NCBI RefSeq assembly: GCF_009834535.1
Contig: NC_045696.1
Span: 105,464,001 to 105,528,000 of the forward strand
Source of the DNA: Camelus ferus
Lineage: Eukaryota
Reading direction: 5' to 3'
DNA: 64,000 nucleotides
Shown here: in pieces, positions 49,127-61,791 of the stretch
Numbering within the stretch: position 1 is the stretch's first letter
Layout of the letters: every line of letters starts with the position of its first letter
Notes under the pieces: model-generated
What the model saw: only the letters and a program-made list of their open reading frames with translations
Told to the model about the DNA's origin: nothing
The model's database searches: none
Translations under genes and position numbers: made by a program

Positions 49127-49464
49127 AAGGGGGAACACAGAAAAGATGTCCCAGGAAGAAGAAACAACCTAAACAAAGTCATGAGGGAAAAAGTTTTACT
49201 TGCAGAGTATACAAGGAGTAAAGGAGATATTTTCAGAAAGAAGATGAGGGGGTCAATCTATGGAGAACCTTGAGTGTCAGTTTAGGGACCAAGGGGAAGC
49301 CATGAGGGTTTTGAGCACAGCTTTAACATAATGCAGGTGGCACTCTAGGAAGCTAATCTAAACAAAAGATACAGTGATAAATTTACATATACCAGTGTGA
49401 CTCCAAGGTACAGAATAACAATCACCAACATTTTCTGGAGGGTGAGTTACAATCTAATTTATTC

Positions 49465-49780
49465 CCAGGGAGGATCCATGATTTGCAGCTAGGAGTATAC
49501 ATAAGTTTTAAGGTCCTCTATAAATTATAAATCAAAATTAGATACAAAAATGAACACATATTTAAAATGAAAAAAGAAATCTCAACATGTCTATAGTTAT
49601 CCCAAGCCATTCAATACAAGTCAGGGAGGAAACAGGCAAGAATCTTAATCATATCTGACTTCTGCAAACTGTACAAACCCATATGATCATGCAAACACAT
49701 TATATAGGCCTTGGAAGGATCCCCACAAATGAAGTGCCCTGAAGAGTGAAACTCCTTTGCCTCATGGTAAATCTGTCCAT
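49465..49780. mobile_element. hAT-Tip100-like DNA transposon remnant (ORSL/Zaphod-like)
   Basis: cagggaggatcca ... caaaattagatacaaaaatgaa ... gccctgaag ... catggtaaatctg termini-like motifs. Confidence 0.45.
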
Positions 49781-49982
49781 GAATGTGCTAGAGCCAGTTT
49801 GTATGGTCTCATGAAAATCAGCTGTTAATACTCTTCCCAACTTAACGTTCAGTGATGTCATGTTGGTAGCTTGTGATCAGCCTTGGTGAGCGTATTTACA
49901 CCAGAGAAATTGGCAAATGCTACAAATTAGAGCTTCTCCCCATCCCCAGAAAGTAGCTGTTAAACATTTACCAACACCACTG
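49779..49982. mobile_element. MER63A-like hAT element
   Basis: ttcagtgatgtcatgttggtagcttg ... tatttacaccagagaaattggcaaatgctacaaatt ... tgttaaacatttaccaacaccactg. Confidence 0.85.
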
Positions 49983-51204
49983 AATCCACTTCTATGTATA
50001 GCTAAAGTGTAAATCCAATCTGGTCCTTGGCACAAAGTCCCTTGTCCATCACAGCTGGACTGCTCAGCGGTCAAAGTCATTAGACTCAATATCAAATCAG
50101 GAGTTCTCTCTAGGGCAGTGATCTCAGAGCCTTCCACCTGTGCACTAACCTTCCTCTCCACTGCATGCCCTTCACTCTCATCTTCTGTCCCTCAACCACC
50201 AAAACACCCCAAGGCAGCCCTGTCAGCATCTCCATGTAGGTGAGATGAGAACATTTCAGATCAGAATGTGAGCCTTTTTCTAGTCCCAGTAGGAGCAAGG
50301 GAGGGAGACTCTGTGAGCTACTGGTCTTAGAGTCCTCCAGGATAATGACCCTAAAGACGAAGCCATGCCCTGACCCATCTCAATGACCCAGTGGCCTTAT
50401 GCCTGAGGTGACCTGTGTCTCCTGGATTAAGTGACATTTCCAGCCTTCAACACTGTCAGAGCAGTGAGGCCCTGCTCCTCTCCAGTGCCCATATCTCCTC
50501 TCATTTCCCCTAAATATGCTCACCTCCAGTTCTAAGGAGCCCCTCATTCTAAAATGATGGGCCAGAAGAAGGGTCCCAAGCTCCCCTCCCTGTTCTCTCC
50601 AGAGTTCACAGGCTTTGACTCTCACCCTCCTCTCCATCCCTCTCCAGAGGGAGGGTGCCTCAGGTTTTACTGGACCTCCATACAGCCAGCCTTCTCCACC
50701 CTTTCTCTGGACCTGCAGGCCCATTTCACAGATAGGGAAACTGAGGCTCAGAAATCTAGAGTCATGCTAAGGCCTGTCTGACTCCAATTCCATGCCCTTT
50801 CCACTCTACTATGTTTCTTCCTGAATAGGTATGGATTCTGTTTCCCACCAGGAGAGAGCCAGATCCCCATGTAGAAAGCATCCCCATCCTCCCCACAGGG
50901 TCCAGAATGCACAGAACCCCCATGGTAGACACCCGCAGCTTCAGGGCTGTGGGATGAACAGAGGAGAGAGCAGGCAGGATAAAGACAATGAAGAGAAGGG
51001 GTTGGATAGGGATAGGGTAGCATCCCAGGGTTATGGCCTGAGGACATAAGTGAATGGGACTCAGTTTAGTACCTGGCATATAGGAGCCATACTCAGCGGT
51101 CATTATTATTACTGCCAAGACTGCAGTATACCTGCCAAATGTTTACTGACTGAATGAATGGCAGTCATCCAGCAAGCCAGGGAAGAGAAGCCAGCTCACT
51201 CAAG

Positions 51205-51349
51205 GGAGGTAGTGTCATTTAGTCGTTATGGCTTTGAGGTCATAGCACATAAGTTCAAAATCTCAGCTCAGCCTGGGAAAATTACTTAACACCTCTGTGC
51301 TTTAGTTTCCTCATCTGTAAAAGGTGGTCAATAATAGTACTTAACTAAT

Positions 51350-51404
<55 letters not shown>

Positions 51405-51495
51405 GCAGACAGACAGATTGATTTTTTTTAAGGATTAAATTAATATCTGTAAAGAACTGAGAACAGTGCCTGGCACATTTCAAGTACTATTCAGT
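51205..51495 (+). mobile_element. MIR SINE containing an (AGAT)n array
   Basis: ttacttaacacctctgtgctttagtttcctcatctgtaaaa ... aggattaaa ... gaacagtgcctggcaca. Confidence 0.85.
51351..51404 (+). repeat. (AGAT)13 tetranucleotide microsatellite
   Basis: Perfect tandem array followed by (CAGA)3. Confidence 0.97.
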
Positions 51496-52418
51496 GTGAC
51501 CTCCTGCCACGATCCAGGTGTCAGCCTATGGTTGTTGGCCAAGAAGACACTGGACCCCAAAACTGAATTACTCCCTCCAGGAGCTTTGTCCTAGCCGCAT
51601 CGCCCCACACAGATAGTCTCCCACAGCTGCCAGACCTCTGTCATCCGTACCACTGGCCCTACCACTCACCCTGCTCAGATTTCCAATTATTTGTCCTGTT
51701 TTGAATTCAAGTGGGATATTAGCAGTGAGTCTGGCTTTATTAATGGCGGTGTCTTTAGTGTTATCGACTTTCTCACTCATTCCTCGCTCTCACTCCAAGA
51801 AGCTCTGTTTCCTTTAATTAAGCCCTGTGCTAAGTGCCTAGCAGGTGATGTGAGTCTGGAAGGGCCTTTGTTCTGGGACTTAGGCACTTTCTCATGGGCT
51901 GGAGATTGGAGAGACAGTGCACTACTGTCTTTGAAGTCTGACATCCATCCCCACAATCAGAGAAGTGGGACAGCGTGGAGAGCCAGGCCCAAGAGGCAGG
52001 AGCCTGGCTCTCTCCCCAGTCTGCCTCCCTTACATCTGTACAGTGGGGGTGGGGTGCAGGACAGCATCTTTGCCTCCACTCTCTGTGCCGTGACACTTGG
52101 GCATCTACTGAGGATTGAAGGTATTAGTCCAACAGACAGGGAGGTTCCGTTCTGCAGAATGACAGGCATGACAACAGCCACAAATACCGCAAAAGGAAGA
52201 GAGGCATAGATAAAGCAGCCTGAACTTTCCATTATTCAGCCGAGGTTGAATACTGGCCCTGTTGTGCCTTGGCAAGTTACTTAGCATACTGAGTCTCCAC
52301 TGCTTTCTCTGTAAAATGGGGTGATGGAACCTTTCCCTCCAGAGGTGGCATATGGGAGCCATCTTCAATGCCAGCTCTGCTACTGTTAGGATCCTGCTGT
52401 GCAACAAACATGCTGTTT

Positions 52419-53496
52419 GGCAAAGGAAACTATAAACAAAACAGAAAGACAACCTGCAGAATGGGAGAAAATATTTGCAAATGATGTGACTGACAAGAGC
52501 TTAATTCCCAGAATATACAAACAGCTCATTAAACCCAATAACAAAAAAAAACAAACACCCAATCCAAAAATGGGCAGAAGACCTAAACAAACATTTCTCC
52601 AATGAAGACATACAAATGGCCAACATGCACGTGAGAAAAAATGCTCAATATCGCTAATTATCAGAGAAATGCAAATCAAAACTACAATGAAGTATCACCT
52701 CACAGCAGTCAGAATGGCCATCATTAAAAAGTCTACAAACAATAAATGCTGGATAGAGTGTGGAGAAAAGGGAACCCTCCTACACTGCTGGTGGAAATGT
52801 AGTTTGGTGCAGCCATCACGGAAAACAATATGGAGATTCCCTAAAAAACTGAAAACAGACTTACCCTATGATCCAGCAATCCCACTCCTGGGCATATAGC
52901 AAAGGAAACTCTAATTTGAAAAGATTCATGCACCCCAATATTCATAGCAGCACTATTTACAATAGCCAAGACATGGAAGCAACCTAAATGTGCATCGACA
53001 GATGACTGGATAGAGAAGTTGTAGTACATATATACAATGGAATACTACTCAACCATAAAAAAGAATAAAACAATGCCATTTACTGCAACATGGATGGACC
53101 TGCAGATTGTCATAGTAAGTGAAGTAAGCCAGAAAGAGAAAGAAAAATACTATATGATATCCCTTACATGTGGAATCTAAAAAAATGACATAAATGAACT
53201 TATTTACAAAACAGAAACAGATCCACAGACATAGAAAATACACTTATGGTTATCGGGGGGTGGGGGGGAGATAAACTGGGAGTTTGGGATTTGTATATAC
53301 TATTATATATAAAACTGATACACAACAAGATCCTACTGTATAGCACAGGGAACTATAATCAACACCTCGTAACAACCTATAATGAAAAAACATACGAAAA
53401 GGAATATATATTCTTGAATCACGAGGCTGTATACCAGAAATTAACACAACATTGTAAACTGACTATACTTCAATAAAAAATAAATAAATAAACAAA
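52419..53496 (+). mobile_element. Relatively young camelid-type L1, 5'-truncated
   Basis: ORF2 C-terminal fragments ([33 protein letters not shown]...[11 protein letters not shown]); 3' UTR ending attgtaaactgactatacttcaataaaaaa(taaa)n. Confidence 0.95.
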
Positions 53497-54722
53497 TTAG
53501 GTTACATGCATATTATGCAATATGATACAGCTATAAAAAAATTTGCTGTTTAAAGAACAACCTCTAAGCCCTGCCTGGCCATCAGCACTGTGTATGCCCC
53601 TCCTGATGACCAAGACAGAATTAATCCTACTCTTCTCTGTGCATGATTCTGTACCTTGTCAAGGGTGGATGTGTGCATCCCGCATGATGAAATGGTAGTG
53701 GACACGCCTCTTTTTCCAGCTATGGCCTGCTTTTTATTCTATCTCTGGCAGCTGAGTGAAGAGAGAGGCAGCCTCAGTAAACAGTAAGCACTTGGTGACT
53801 GAACCAGGTGAGTTCAGCCCAATTTACTGCACAATGAGACAGACCTGCACTTGGTTCAGGGCTTTATGTCTTCCTAAGCACTATCAGAAAAGTGAGAGCC
53901 AAGGGGAGTGATTCATTGTTAAGTGAGAACACAAAGGTTGAGTGTAAAGCCCCAAGCATGGAAATACCAAGCAAATGTCGTAAAATTGGTGTATGCCACA
54001 AAAGCCTTTGATAATGAATGCCTGGTGAACGTGACTGGCTCATGCAAACAAGCGTTGTCACCTGTGTCCCCGCCTTACTGTGTGGTTGGAAAGCTCCATC
54101 ATTGCAGCTTCCCTCAAATGCCCACATATGTCCCCAGACAACCACTGCACTCCTCTGCCTCACCTCCCAGGTGAAGGGGCTGCTATGGAGTGGGCAGGAA
54201 GAGAGACAGCCAGGAGACCTCCTTCAGGTGCTGAACAGCAGTTTTGGGGCCTCTTTCCCAAAGGTCTGGGGCAGGGGGCCTCAGCGCTCCTCACCTCGAT
54301 AGTCCTGGCACTGCCGCCAAGTTCAACATTGACCCTGTCACCCTTCTCTGGGGGCCTTTCTCCTCTCCCCCATGAAGCCCTGCCCACCCTCCCAAACCCC
54401 TGCCTGCTCCTCCATCAAGAGCTCCCAGAGCCCTGTGGTTGGAGTGATTCTCCATAACACATGGCACCACCCTTCCTTCTCAGCTCCTGGCTGCTGCTCG
54501 CCACTGCTTCTCTTACCTCCCCTCCAAGATTGTGGGCTCCTCGGGGCTGGGTCTGCTCTGATTCTTCTCTGTGTCCCCAGCACCTAGAGGAAGAGCCAAT
54601 ACAAAGGAGAGAGTCAGGAAAAGTCTGGAAAACTGGTTTCAGTCACAGAATTATGTCCAGAATTTTTTTCGGGGGGGGGGGTTGAAAGTCTCTACAATTT
54701 ATTCAGTTCTAGAAGAGCCTGC

Positions 54723-55288
54723 TGTGTAAGTCAGAACTACTGGTCTCTGTAAAAGACTGAGACCCAACTCCAACTGGCTGAAACAAAGGAAAGAGGGTTG
54801 GTACTGGATTAAAGGGTATGTGAGTCATCCACAGCTGGATTCGGGTGCTTGAACACGGACCCAGGAGTCTCTCTACGTTCCTTAGCTCCATATCCCATGT
54901 ACTGGCTTCCGTTCAGGGGAGTTTCCCTCATGAGGTAACCCGACCACCAAAAGCTCCAGCTTTTTGATTCTCCCAGTTTAGCAGTTCCAGAGATCTTGCT
55001 GCTCTGCTGGTGGCTCGAGCAGCCATTCAAGGAGACCTCTCATTGGCCTAGTGTGGGTCACGTGTCCATCCCTGAACAAATCACTGTGGCAGTTGGCGTG
55101 GTGCTCTGATAGGCCAGATCTGGGTCATGTGCCCACGTCTGGTGCCCAGAGCTGGGAGGAGTCTGGTCTGCCCTAAACACACCACGTGGACTAGACTAGG
55201 AGGTGGGCAGTTTCCCCACGGGGAATCAGAATGCTCTTTCCAGAGGGAGAATGGACATGGTCAGGCAAAGACAATCAATACTCCACAG
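54723..55288 (-). mobile_element. MLT1K-like MaLR LTR
   Basis: acccaactccaactggct ... ctcattggcctagtgtgggtcacgtgtccatccctgaacaaatcactgtggc ... ctctgataggccagatctgggtcatgtgcccac. Confidence 0.8.
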
Positions 55289-55709
55289 AGCACCTCCATT
55301 CAAGAAGGCAAGAAAAGTAACAAGTCCAGATTGCAAAGGAACATACAACAACCTTTAGGAGACAGCACACCAAGCAGAAACAATCCAAGCTAGTGAAAGT
55401 CTAACTAAAAGCCAGTTCTATCTAATAGAAGCCCAACTGTGTGTCACAGACCTTCAGAACTGTTGGAGATGAAGAGAAAGCAGGCTGGAGCAGTCCAGAA
55501 GGCTTCCTGGAGGGGGAAGTGGGGCTTAAAGGACTAGCAAGCCCAAGATAAAGAGGGGAATGGTGCTGGCCTTCAACGTCATACCAGGGCACAGAACTGT
55601 CACAGGACCCACGCTGGGACAGAGAAGGGCGAGGAGGGAGGTGGGGGGAAGGAGAGCCTTGCCCCTCCAGTGGGCTAGGCTCCACCCACAGGACTTGAGC
55701 CAGCAAGAG

Positions 55710-56120
55710 CAAAATCTAATTTACTCATTAGGCATGTTTCTTCTGTACAAATCAAATCATGGGCTATTTTTCCACATCGTAAATATTGTTTTAAACTCTT
55801 GCTCATAGGCAATTAGATTACAAGCATCGCCTGGCGAGCTATATGCCAGCGCGTTTGGCGGGCCTCTGGCAGCTTTGCAAGCATTTTCCTTTTGAAATGT
55901 TTCCCAATGGTTTTTAAGGGTCTTTGAAATCCTCTCCCTGGTGATGCACGAGAGCTCTTCTCTGTGGCCGTTAATCTCCCTAACAGCCCAAGAGAGACTC
56001 AGTCTCATCTGTGTTCATTTCCAAACGGCCTGGCTGAGCTACTCCTCCCTGTAGTGTGGTGACTCTTCACAGTCAGCCTCGCCCCTCCTCTGTCTTTCTG
56101 TTAATTAAAGACCCCAAAAG
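55710..56120. promoter_or_regulatory. Candidate developmental enhancer / conserved non-coding element
   Basis: Repeat-free; two CTTTGAA (55889-55895, 55922-55928), TCGTAAA (55777-55783), caattagatta paired-homeodomain-like site, TTAATTAA; retained CpGs. Confidence 0.5.
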
Positions 56121-56579
56121 TACACACTTGAGCACCACCCCTCAGGAGACCTGCATTTGGGCATCAAGATCTTCACTCAGTTTGAGCAAGTTATCCCACC
56201 TGCCTTCCCTGGGCCTCAGTCTGACCTCTGCAGAATGGGGTTAATTTTTGCCTAACCCAGGTGGCCCCCTAGTCTCCTCTGCTGGCCTTTCTAGGCCCTC
56301 CTGAGCTTCCACAGCTGACTAAAATGAATTTTGTTTCTCTCAAAATGTTCCCTTCCCTTTCAGGTCAGCCCCTAGCCCCCTTTGCATGCCCTCCACCTGG
56401 CTCACCTTAGGCCCTGACCCTGGGATGGTAGCTCTTTCCTTAAGACCCACATAATCCCAGCCTGATCTGGCTGAGCACCAGGGCCACCTCCTCCAGGAGT
56501 GTTTCAAGATGGCCTTGACCATGGGTTACCTGTCTCTTCTCTGGATGTCCAGCCCATGCAACACAGTTTAGCCACCGAT

Positions 56580-56990
56580 GATAATAATAGCTAGAACCAC
56601 CTTTTCCTGAGCACCTACTATGTGCCAGGAACTACGGTAGGAGCTCTATGTGCTATTCCTTTCAGTCCTCACAAAAGCCTTGCACTGTGCTATTACTCCA
56701 ACTTTACAGAAGAGGAAACTGAGGCTCAGAGAGGTAAAGTGACATCTCAAGGTCACCCAACTTGTGATGGCTGAGCCAGAATTTTCTGCCTTAGAAAAAT
56801 GACCTTGTCCTGACCCTCTGCTGTGTCAGGCAGGGGCTGCACCTCATTTAATCCCCACAACAGCTGCATGAAGTAGGTAGTGCCACACTCATTTCATAGA
56901 AAAGGAAACAGAGGCCCTGAGAAGTGGCATCTCCCATCACATCTTTTCAGCAGATGCATGGAGTAAGATTCAAAGTCAGATCTGCTGAAT
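56580..56990 (-). mobile_element. Two adjacent antisense MIR SINEs
   Basis: gagcacctactatgtgccagg ... gaggaaactgaggctcagagaggtaaagtgac; ctcatttaatccccacaacag ... aggaaacagaggcc. Confidence 0.85.
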
Positions 56991-57224
56991 CCATGGACCT
57001 CCTCCTCCCCCTCTTCCCTCCACCTACACAGCCCTGGAGGTGTAGTTGCCTTGTCCCCAGACCAGAGGACAGCCCCACCTCCCAAGGCATCTCCCACCAT
57101 CCCAGAGACATTGCACCTGCTTGCTCTGAGCTATGAGCACAAAGGAGGAAGATTAGAAGCCCATGCTCACAAAGAAGATTCCAGAGAGCATGGCAAGATG
57201 TGAAATCTCTTCCAAGGTTTTTCT

Positions 57225-57400
57225 TTCCTTCCATCCCTCCTTCCTTCCTCCCTCCCTCCCTTCTTTCTTTCATTCCTTCCTTCTTTCCTTTCTTCCTTCC
57301 TTCCTCCCTCCCTTTCTTCTGCTTGCCTGCCTGCCTGCCTGCCTGCCCTCCCTTCCTTCCTTCCTTCCTTCCTTCCTTCCTTCCTTCCTTCCTTCCTTCC
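57225..57400 (+). repeat. Compound polypyrimidine microsatellite (CCTT)n/(CCTG)n
   Basis: Directly visible. Confidence 0.95.
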
Positions 57401-58344
57401 ATAGCTATTTACAGAGCAGCACTTGGGACTAGGGCGTACCTGGCTCTGTGTCCCTCCATGCTTTAGAACAATTTCACTGCCTGTCTCCCAGCCAAGAGCT
57501 TTCTGCGGAAGCACTCCCAGGTTGCAGGTTCTCCCAGGGAGGGGGTGCCTGAGAGGCAGCAATGGCACCAACCTCCTGGAAGCTGCACCCCCCAGTGGGC
57601 GGGGCTGGGAATGAGGCTCTGATCTGGAGCTCCCCAGCCCCTGCTATGAACAGAGGGATAAGACCAGAATTTCCACAATAAGATCCGTCTTCAGGGAGTG
57701 ATGTCAGCCCTGTCCTGAGAGGGAGGATGGACTGGACTTTTGGGGGCTTCATGGAGTTATGAAAGCATTAAGGGGCCTCCCCTGCCCCCCATTCCAGCAG
57801 TGCTTGGGTGCCCCGCAGCCCTGGAGGGGCTCCTCTGTGTGCCTGAGGTTATGAGATGACCTCCTTGCAGCACAGGCAGCCCTTCTGAAGGGTCTGACTC
57901 TGACCACCCTGTTTGTCCCTCCCTGCAGTTGCTTTTCCTAAGCTGAGCTTTGACTTCCACCAAAGGGTGCTGTGAGAAGCCTCCTTATGAACCTTCCCTT
58001 TGTTACTGTTGAGGAATGTTATTGCTGAGGGCAACACAGATCACATCACATCTCATCCTCATGACACTGACTTCCAACAGTTCTCTCAGTCCTAACACCA
58101 GGAACACTTGAGTTTTTAATATTGCGGATATTATGAATCTTATATCAGATCATGTTTCCCTCTTTGCCTTGGTTGCCAGGAAACTCAGTCAGTATTCATC
58201 TCACTCCAAGTGACTGTCTAGAATCTTATGTTATAGAGTCTTATTTTCTGTTCCTATCTTGATTTTCCCCTTAGTCCTGATTTCCTCATCTATTTTTATT
58301 AAATTCTTTGGATTGAATATATTTCTGTACAAATCTCAAATCGA

Positions 58345-58515
58345 ACACTTTCCTGCTGTGTGACCTGAAGAAAGTTAAGTAACCTCTCTGAGCCTCAGTT
58401 TCCTGGATGCTAAAATGAGGCGAGGGACACATACCTTCTTAAGGACCAAACACTTGGCACAATGCCTAGAGCATAGATACGACTCATAATCATTAGCTGT
58501 TATTACTTTTATTAT
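58345..58515 (+). mobile_element. MIR SINE
   Basis: gctgtgtgacct ... taacctctctgagcctcagtttcct ... taaaatg ... cacttggcacaatgcct. Confidence 0.85.
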
Positions 58516-59874
58516 GGGGACAAAGAAACAAAATTAGATAAGGATGTAGTTACTGGTTTGGGAAGCAACCTCTTTCTATGTAATCTACAGTTGCAAACAA
58601 AGATCAGGAGCCGAGAGTGGTTAGAATTTAAAGTGAGATTTAGCCCACACTGCAAATCACTCCACTGCACAGCTGGCTTCTCCTCACCCCCATGCCTCAC
58701 TGTGTGACTCCCATACAGACCTTCTGAAGGAGCCTAGAGTGCCCGGAGAGAGGCTGGATGGAGTTGGGGCTGGCTGGGCTCCTTCCCTACGATGTTTGCA
58801 GTACTTGAACCGTGAGTCTTATTTGCTGGGCAATCTTTTGGGGTGCTCTTTAGAGGAAATCACCTTGGGAAGGGAGACAGGTCTGTAGGGGAGATGCAGG
58901 CATCCTAGAGCTCTTGGCTCCATTTCTCTCCAATTAGAATCAGAAAACACCAGAAGGAGAAGGCATTGCTTAGAAAGCATCTAATCCAGCCACCTTATTT
59001 TGCTCATGGGAAAATGGAGGCCCAGAGAGGGAATAGGATTGGACTATGGTCATATAGCCATGTAAGGGCCTCCTTGCCTGCTCCATGACCCCTGCCAAGA
59101 CCTCCTTCCTCAACTCCAGACTCATCAACTTCCCACCAGACACCTCCAGTTGGGTGCCTCAAATTTAGTACATCTGAAACTGAAATCCTGATCTTTTCTT
59201 CAAACCTTTGTCTGCTGCAGGCTTTCTCCCTCCCTCTGATTAATGTCAACTCTACCAATTACAAAAAACTGGCATTATCCATATCTAACTCTCCCTCTCT
59301 CTTCTCCTCCTTTTTTCTCTCCTCTATTCTCCTTTCTTCTCCTCCCCTTCCTTCTTCTTCTCCCCTCCACCCACCCTTCCTCCCTCTTCCCCCCTCTCTC
59401 TCTCTCTCTCATTCCCTGCCCCCTGCTATTATCACATTTGGTCTATGATCAAATCCTAGCCTCTAGATTTCTCCCACTTGTCATCCTCTGGCTCAGGACA
59501 CCATCTTTTCTTGCCTGAGTGGTCTCCTCACTGGTCCTCCTCCTGCATTTGCCCCTGGCCTCTAAATCTATTCTCATACCTGGCAGCCAGAGTGAAAACA
59601 TAAGTAGCCCTTCAATGGCTTCCAATTTTGCTCATGGGAAAAGGAAGTCCTCTCTGTGACCCACAGATCCTCCATGCTTTGCTCCCCACTTCCCCCACCT
59701 CTCTGACCTCATCTCGTACCTTCTCCCCCTCATCCACTCCACTCCAACCAAAGCTGCTCTTCTTCATGTCTCTCTTTTGCACTGGTTGTTCCCCCTGACA
59801 GATGCTCTTCCCCTCACATCCACATGGCTAGCTTCCTCAATTCCTCTAGGTTTTTACTGAAAATTTACCTTCTC

Positions 59875-60507
59875 TCTCATATATATGGTCATATGATTTT
59901 CAACAAGCAGCCCAAGACCATTCAGTTGGGGAAAGGACAGTCTTTTCAATAAATGATGCAGGAAAGCTGGACATCCACATGCAAAAGAATGAAGTTGGAC
60001 CCTGACCTTACACCACATACAAAAGTTAACTCAAAATGGATCAAAGATCTAAGCATAAGAGTAAAACTATAAAACTCTTCGAAGAAAACACAGGAGAAAA
60101 GTTTCATGATATTAGATTTGGCCATGATCTCTTGGATATGACATCAAAGGCATAGGCAACAAGAGAAAGAAACAGATTAACTGGACTTCATCAAAATTAA
60201 AAACTTTTATACATCAAAGGACATTGTCAATAGAGTGAAAAGACAACTCAGAATGGGAGAAGTATTTGCAAGTCACATATCTAATAAAGGACTAATATCC
60301 AGAATATATAAAGAATTCCTAAAACTTAATGATAAAAAAAGCAAACAACTCAATTCAAAAATGAGCAAAGGACTTGAATAGACATTTCTCCAAAGAAAAT
60401 ATATGAATGGCCAATAAGCACATGAAAAGATGCTCAATATCATTAATTATTAAGGAAATACAAATAAAACCACAAAACCCACTTCACATCCATTAGGATG
60501 ACTATTA

Positions 60508-60553
<46 letters not shown>

Positions 60554-61053
60554 ATTTATTTATTTATTTATTTAAGAATTGTTGATGAAGATACGGAGAA
60601 ATTGGGAATTTTGTGCATTGCTGGTGGGAATATAAAACGGTGCAACCTCTGTAGAAAAAGGTATGGAGATTCCAAAAAAAATTAAACAATTACCATGTGA
60701 TCCAGCAATTCTACTTCTGGATATATACACACAAAAAATTAAAAGCAGAGACTTGAAGAGATATTTATACACCCATATTCATAGAAGCATTATTCTCAAT
60801 AGCCAGAGATGAAAACAAACCAAATGTCCGTCATCAGATGAATGGACCAGAAAGTTGTGGTACCTTCATACAATGGAATATGGAGAGTTAGTGATGATGG
60901 GTACAGTATGAGTGATGAAAAGGTTCTGAAGATGGATGGTGGTGATGGTTGCACAACAATATGAATATACTGAATGCCACCGAATTGTACACTTAAGATG
61001 GTTAAAATTTTATATTAGGTATATTTTATCTGAACAAAAAACAAATACATTTT
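59875..61053 (+). mobile_element. 5'-truncated L1 (L1MB-like 3' end) with TSD
   Basis: ggaaaggacagtcttttcaataaatg ... catgaaaagatgctcaa ... gatggtggtgatggttgcacaacaat; flanks aaaatttaccttctc (59860-59874) / aaaaattacctctc (61054-61067). Confidence 0.92.
60511..60550 (+). repeat. (TG)20 microsatellite, followed by (TTTA)n
   Basis: Directly visible. Confidence 0.97.
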
Positions 61054-61752
61054 AAAAATTACCTCTCACTGAGACCCTCCCTGGCCACTCTCTAAAATCC
61101 CTACTCTTCCCTCAATGAGATATAGCATATCTCCTTTCCTTGCTTTATTTTTATTTCTTAGTGCTTCTGCCTTCCTAATTCGACCTTTTTTGTTGTTTAT
61201 TGCTGCCTCCCTGACCCCATTAAAAAATACTAGAATATAAACTAAGTGTAGGCAGAGATTTTTGTCTATTTACCGATCCATCCCCAGGGCCTAGATTGGT
61301 GTTTGGCACATATATAAACATTTGTTGATTGAATGTCAGGCACCAAGTGTGTTGGAGGCCAAGAAGAAGATACCTCAGGCCAGTTCCTGAGAGGGGCTCT
61401 GATCCTAGAAAGGGGCGGGTACCTTCGAGGCACTTCCAGGCTTCCCCTCAGCTACTCCCTGCCGCCCAGGGAGTTCCTCTAGTGGATTAGGGCAGGGAGG
61501 TCATGGGAAAGGAGCTGGTCAGAGCCTCAAGAGAACCAGGAAGGATCCCTACTCCTGCTGCAAATATTCTCCAGTCCCCTGCAGGAGGTGGCTGATGGGG
61601 GTGCCCCCAGCAGGGGCCACTGATCAGCCAAGCTCTGGGCCAACAAGAGGCTACAGGCATTTACGGGGTCCCCACTGTGTGTCCAGCTCCTTGCTGAGCT
61701 GATGGGACCAACAAGAGAACTGCTCAGCTTCTCTTGTTGTACTAAAGAATGG

Positions 61753-61791
61753 ACACACAAACACACATACACACACACACACACACACACA
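61753..61791 (+). repeat. Imperfect (CA)n microsatellite
   Basis: Directly visible. Confidence 0.9.

Larger units (their letters stand above)
59130..61335 (+). mobile_element. L2 LINE split by an L1 insertion
   Basis: cctcaaatttagtacatctgaaactgaa ... gcagccagagtg ... ccttcaatggcttcc ... then after the L1 ctcactgagaccctccctggccac ... ctagaatataaact ... tggcacata ... tttgttgattgaatg. Confidence 0.75.

Noticed and set aside
56947..57571. ORFs with KEGR/PSFL repeats
   Set aside because: Translations of the (CCTT)n microsatellite.
60865..60900. Apparent ~200-bp internal deletion in the L1MB 3' UTR at a GGAAT microhomology
   Set aside because: Ordinary decay of an old repeat; the size is estimated only from a recalled consensus.
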